A stretch of DNA of 36,514 nucleotides from an uncultured Candidatus Saccharibacteria bacterium (GTDB lineage: Bacteria > Patescibacteriota > Minisyncoccia > Phycocordibacterales > UBA9973), in contig CAZWXV010000005.1 of assembly GCA_964637995.1 (NCBI GenBank), positions 1-36,514 of the forward strand, read 5' to 3'. Below are positions 35,428 to 36,514 of this stretch, piece by piece. Position numbers and translations under genes: made by a program. Each line of letters begins with the position of its first letter. The first letter of the stretch is position 1. The notes under the pieces were generated by a model that was not told the DNA's origin, did no database searches, and saw only the letters and a program-made list of their open reading frames with translations.

Positions 35428-36389
35428 TGAGTATTGATGAGTTAAAAAAGGACCACCGCACGAGTTATCTTGCGGATATACTTGAGCGTTTGGCCCGAAA
35501 AGAAGCCGAGGTACGCGAAATGCTCGCAGGCGATGAGACCTTGCACGAATTGGCCGCCGCGGAGCTCAAAAGCATTCAGGAAGAAAAAGAAGGGGTGGAA
35601 AAACAAATTGAAGATATTTTAGAAAAAGACAAAGCAGAAGAGGAATTTCCGAACGAAGCAGTGCTCGAGGTCCGCGCCGGCGCCGGCGGGGATGAAGCGT
35701 CCCTTTTCGCGTGGGAACTCGCGCATATGTACGAGAAATTCACGGAAGCACAACGCTGGCAATGGAAGGTAAACTATGAATCCAAGAGCGACCTGAACGG
35801 CTACAAAGAGGCGAGCTTTGAAATAAAAGGCAAGGACGTTTATAAAAAACTACGCTATGAGACGGGCGTGCACCGGGTACAGAGAGTGCCGGCGACCGAG
35901 AAGAACGGGCGAGTACATACCTCGACCGCATCCGTGGCCGTCCTGCCCATAAAAAAGAAAATAAATTTCGTGGTCAATCCGGCGGAATTTGAAATGGAAT
36001 ACTCCCGCTCCGGTGGCAAAGGCGGACAAAACGTGAACAAAGTGGAGACCGCGGTGCGCATCATTCACAAGCCCACCGGCCTTGACGTGCGCTCCACCAA
36101 TGAACGGAGCCAGCTCGCGAACCGCGAGAAGGCTATGCAGATACTCTTGGCCAAGCTGGAACAGCTCGAGGAAGAGAAAGCGGCCAGTAAATATGCTGGC
36201 GTTCGCAAAGAGCAAATCGGCACCGCCGACCGAAGCGAGAAAATCCGTACCTACAATTTCCCGCAGGACCGCATCACCGACCACCGCATCAAAAAATCTT
36301 GGCACAACCTGCCCAAAATCATGGAGGGGGACATTTCGGGCATTATTGCCGATATCGAGTCCGGAGCGGTAGGGGATGAAGAAGAGTGA
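35427..36389 (+). CDS. prfA: peptide chain release factor 1
   Basis: GGQ motif, PAT (PxT) stop-recognition tripeptide, RSEKIRTYNFPQ. Confidence 0.96.
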   Translation: MSIDELKKDHRTSYLADILERLARKEAEVREMLAGDETLHELAAAELKSIQEEKEGVEKQIEDILEKDKAEEEFPNEAVLEVRAGAGGDEASLFAWELAHMYEKFTEAQRWQWKVNYESKSDLNGYKEASFEIKGKDVYKKLRYETGVHRVQRVPATEKNGRVHTSTASVAVLPIKKKINFVVNPAEFEMEYSRSGGKGGQNVNKVETAVRIIHKPTGLDVRSTNERSQLANREKAMQILLAKLEQLEEEKAASKYAGVRKEQIGTADRSEKIRTYNFPQDRITDHRIKKSWHNLPKIMEGDISGIIADIESGAVGDEEE

Positions 36390-36396
36390 TTTTGAC

Positions 36397-36425
36397 TTGC
36401 TTTTAATCCGCGCCTATGGTAGGAT
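36397..36425 (+). promoter_or_regulatory. promoter for the next gene (outside the window)
   Basis: TTGCTT-17 nt-TAGGAT with TG extension. Confidence 0.4.
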
Positions 36426-36514
36426 ATAGGCTCGTAGCGTTTCTCGTTTGCCTTTTGTGCGACAAGAATTTCTACGCATTACAAGTAGTTTTTTCCCGAA
36501 TTTTAAAAAACGGG

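Noticed and set aside
1-36514. Alternative genetic code (UGA=Gly, as in Gracilibacteria/Absconditabacteria)
   Set aside because: Conserved genes are uninterrupted in code 11, and rsmH, pdxT and prfA end at TGA where expected

Overview
Mostly housekeeping window from a small-genome bacterium. Gene content and order (ybeY-ftsA-ftsZ, minimal mraZ-rsmH-ftsL?-ftsI-murF cluster, MYG1, short RF1, rplY/lytic transglycosylase/rpmE/prfA) suggest CPR/Patescibacteria (Parcubacteria-like); this is inference. TGA is used as a stop codon. The window holds about 37 CDS and three tRNAs: Glu-TTC, Ser-CGA and Glu-CTC. Most notable observations: (1) each tRNA is abutted by a 135-176 bp hairpin-rich non-coding element bounded by a direct repeat of the tRNA end and carrying an internal inverted copy of that end, one of them at the tRNA 5' end; (2) a 47-bp nested palindrome occurs once intergenically and once in-frame inside gatB; (3) an AT-rich RxxxxH (HEPN-like) gene lies behind tRNA-Glu; (4) LysRS carries a DUF2000-like C-terminal extension; (5) many genes look leaderless (-10 box 6 nt before ATG), whereas several orphan mini-genes have full promoters plus Shine-Dalgarno sites; (6) pdxS/pdxT are present. 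No CRISPR array, rRNA, integrase or transposase was seen.
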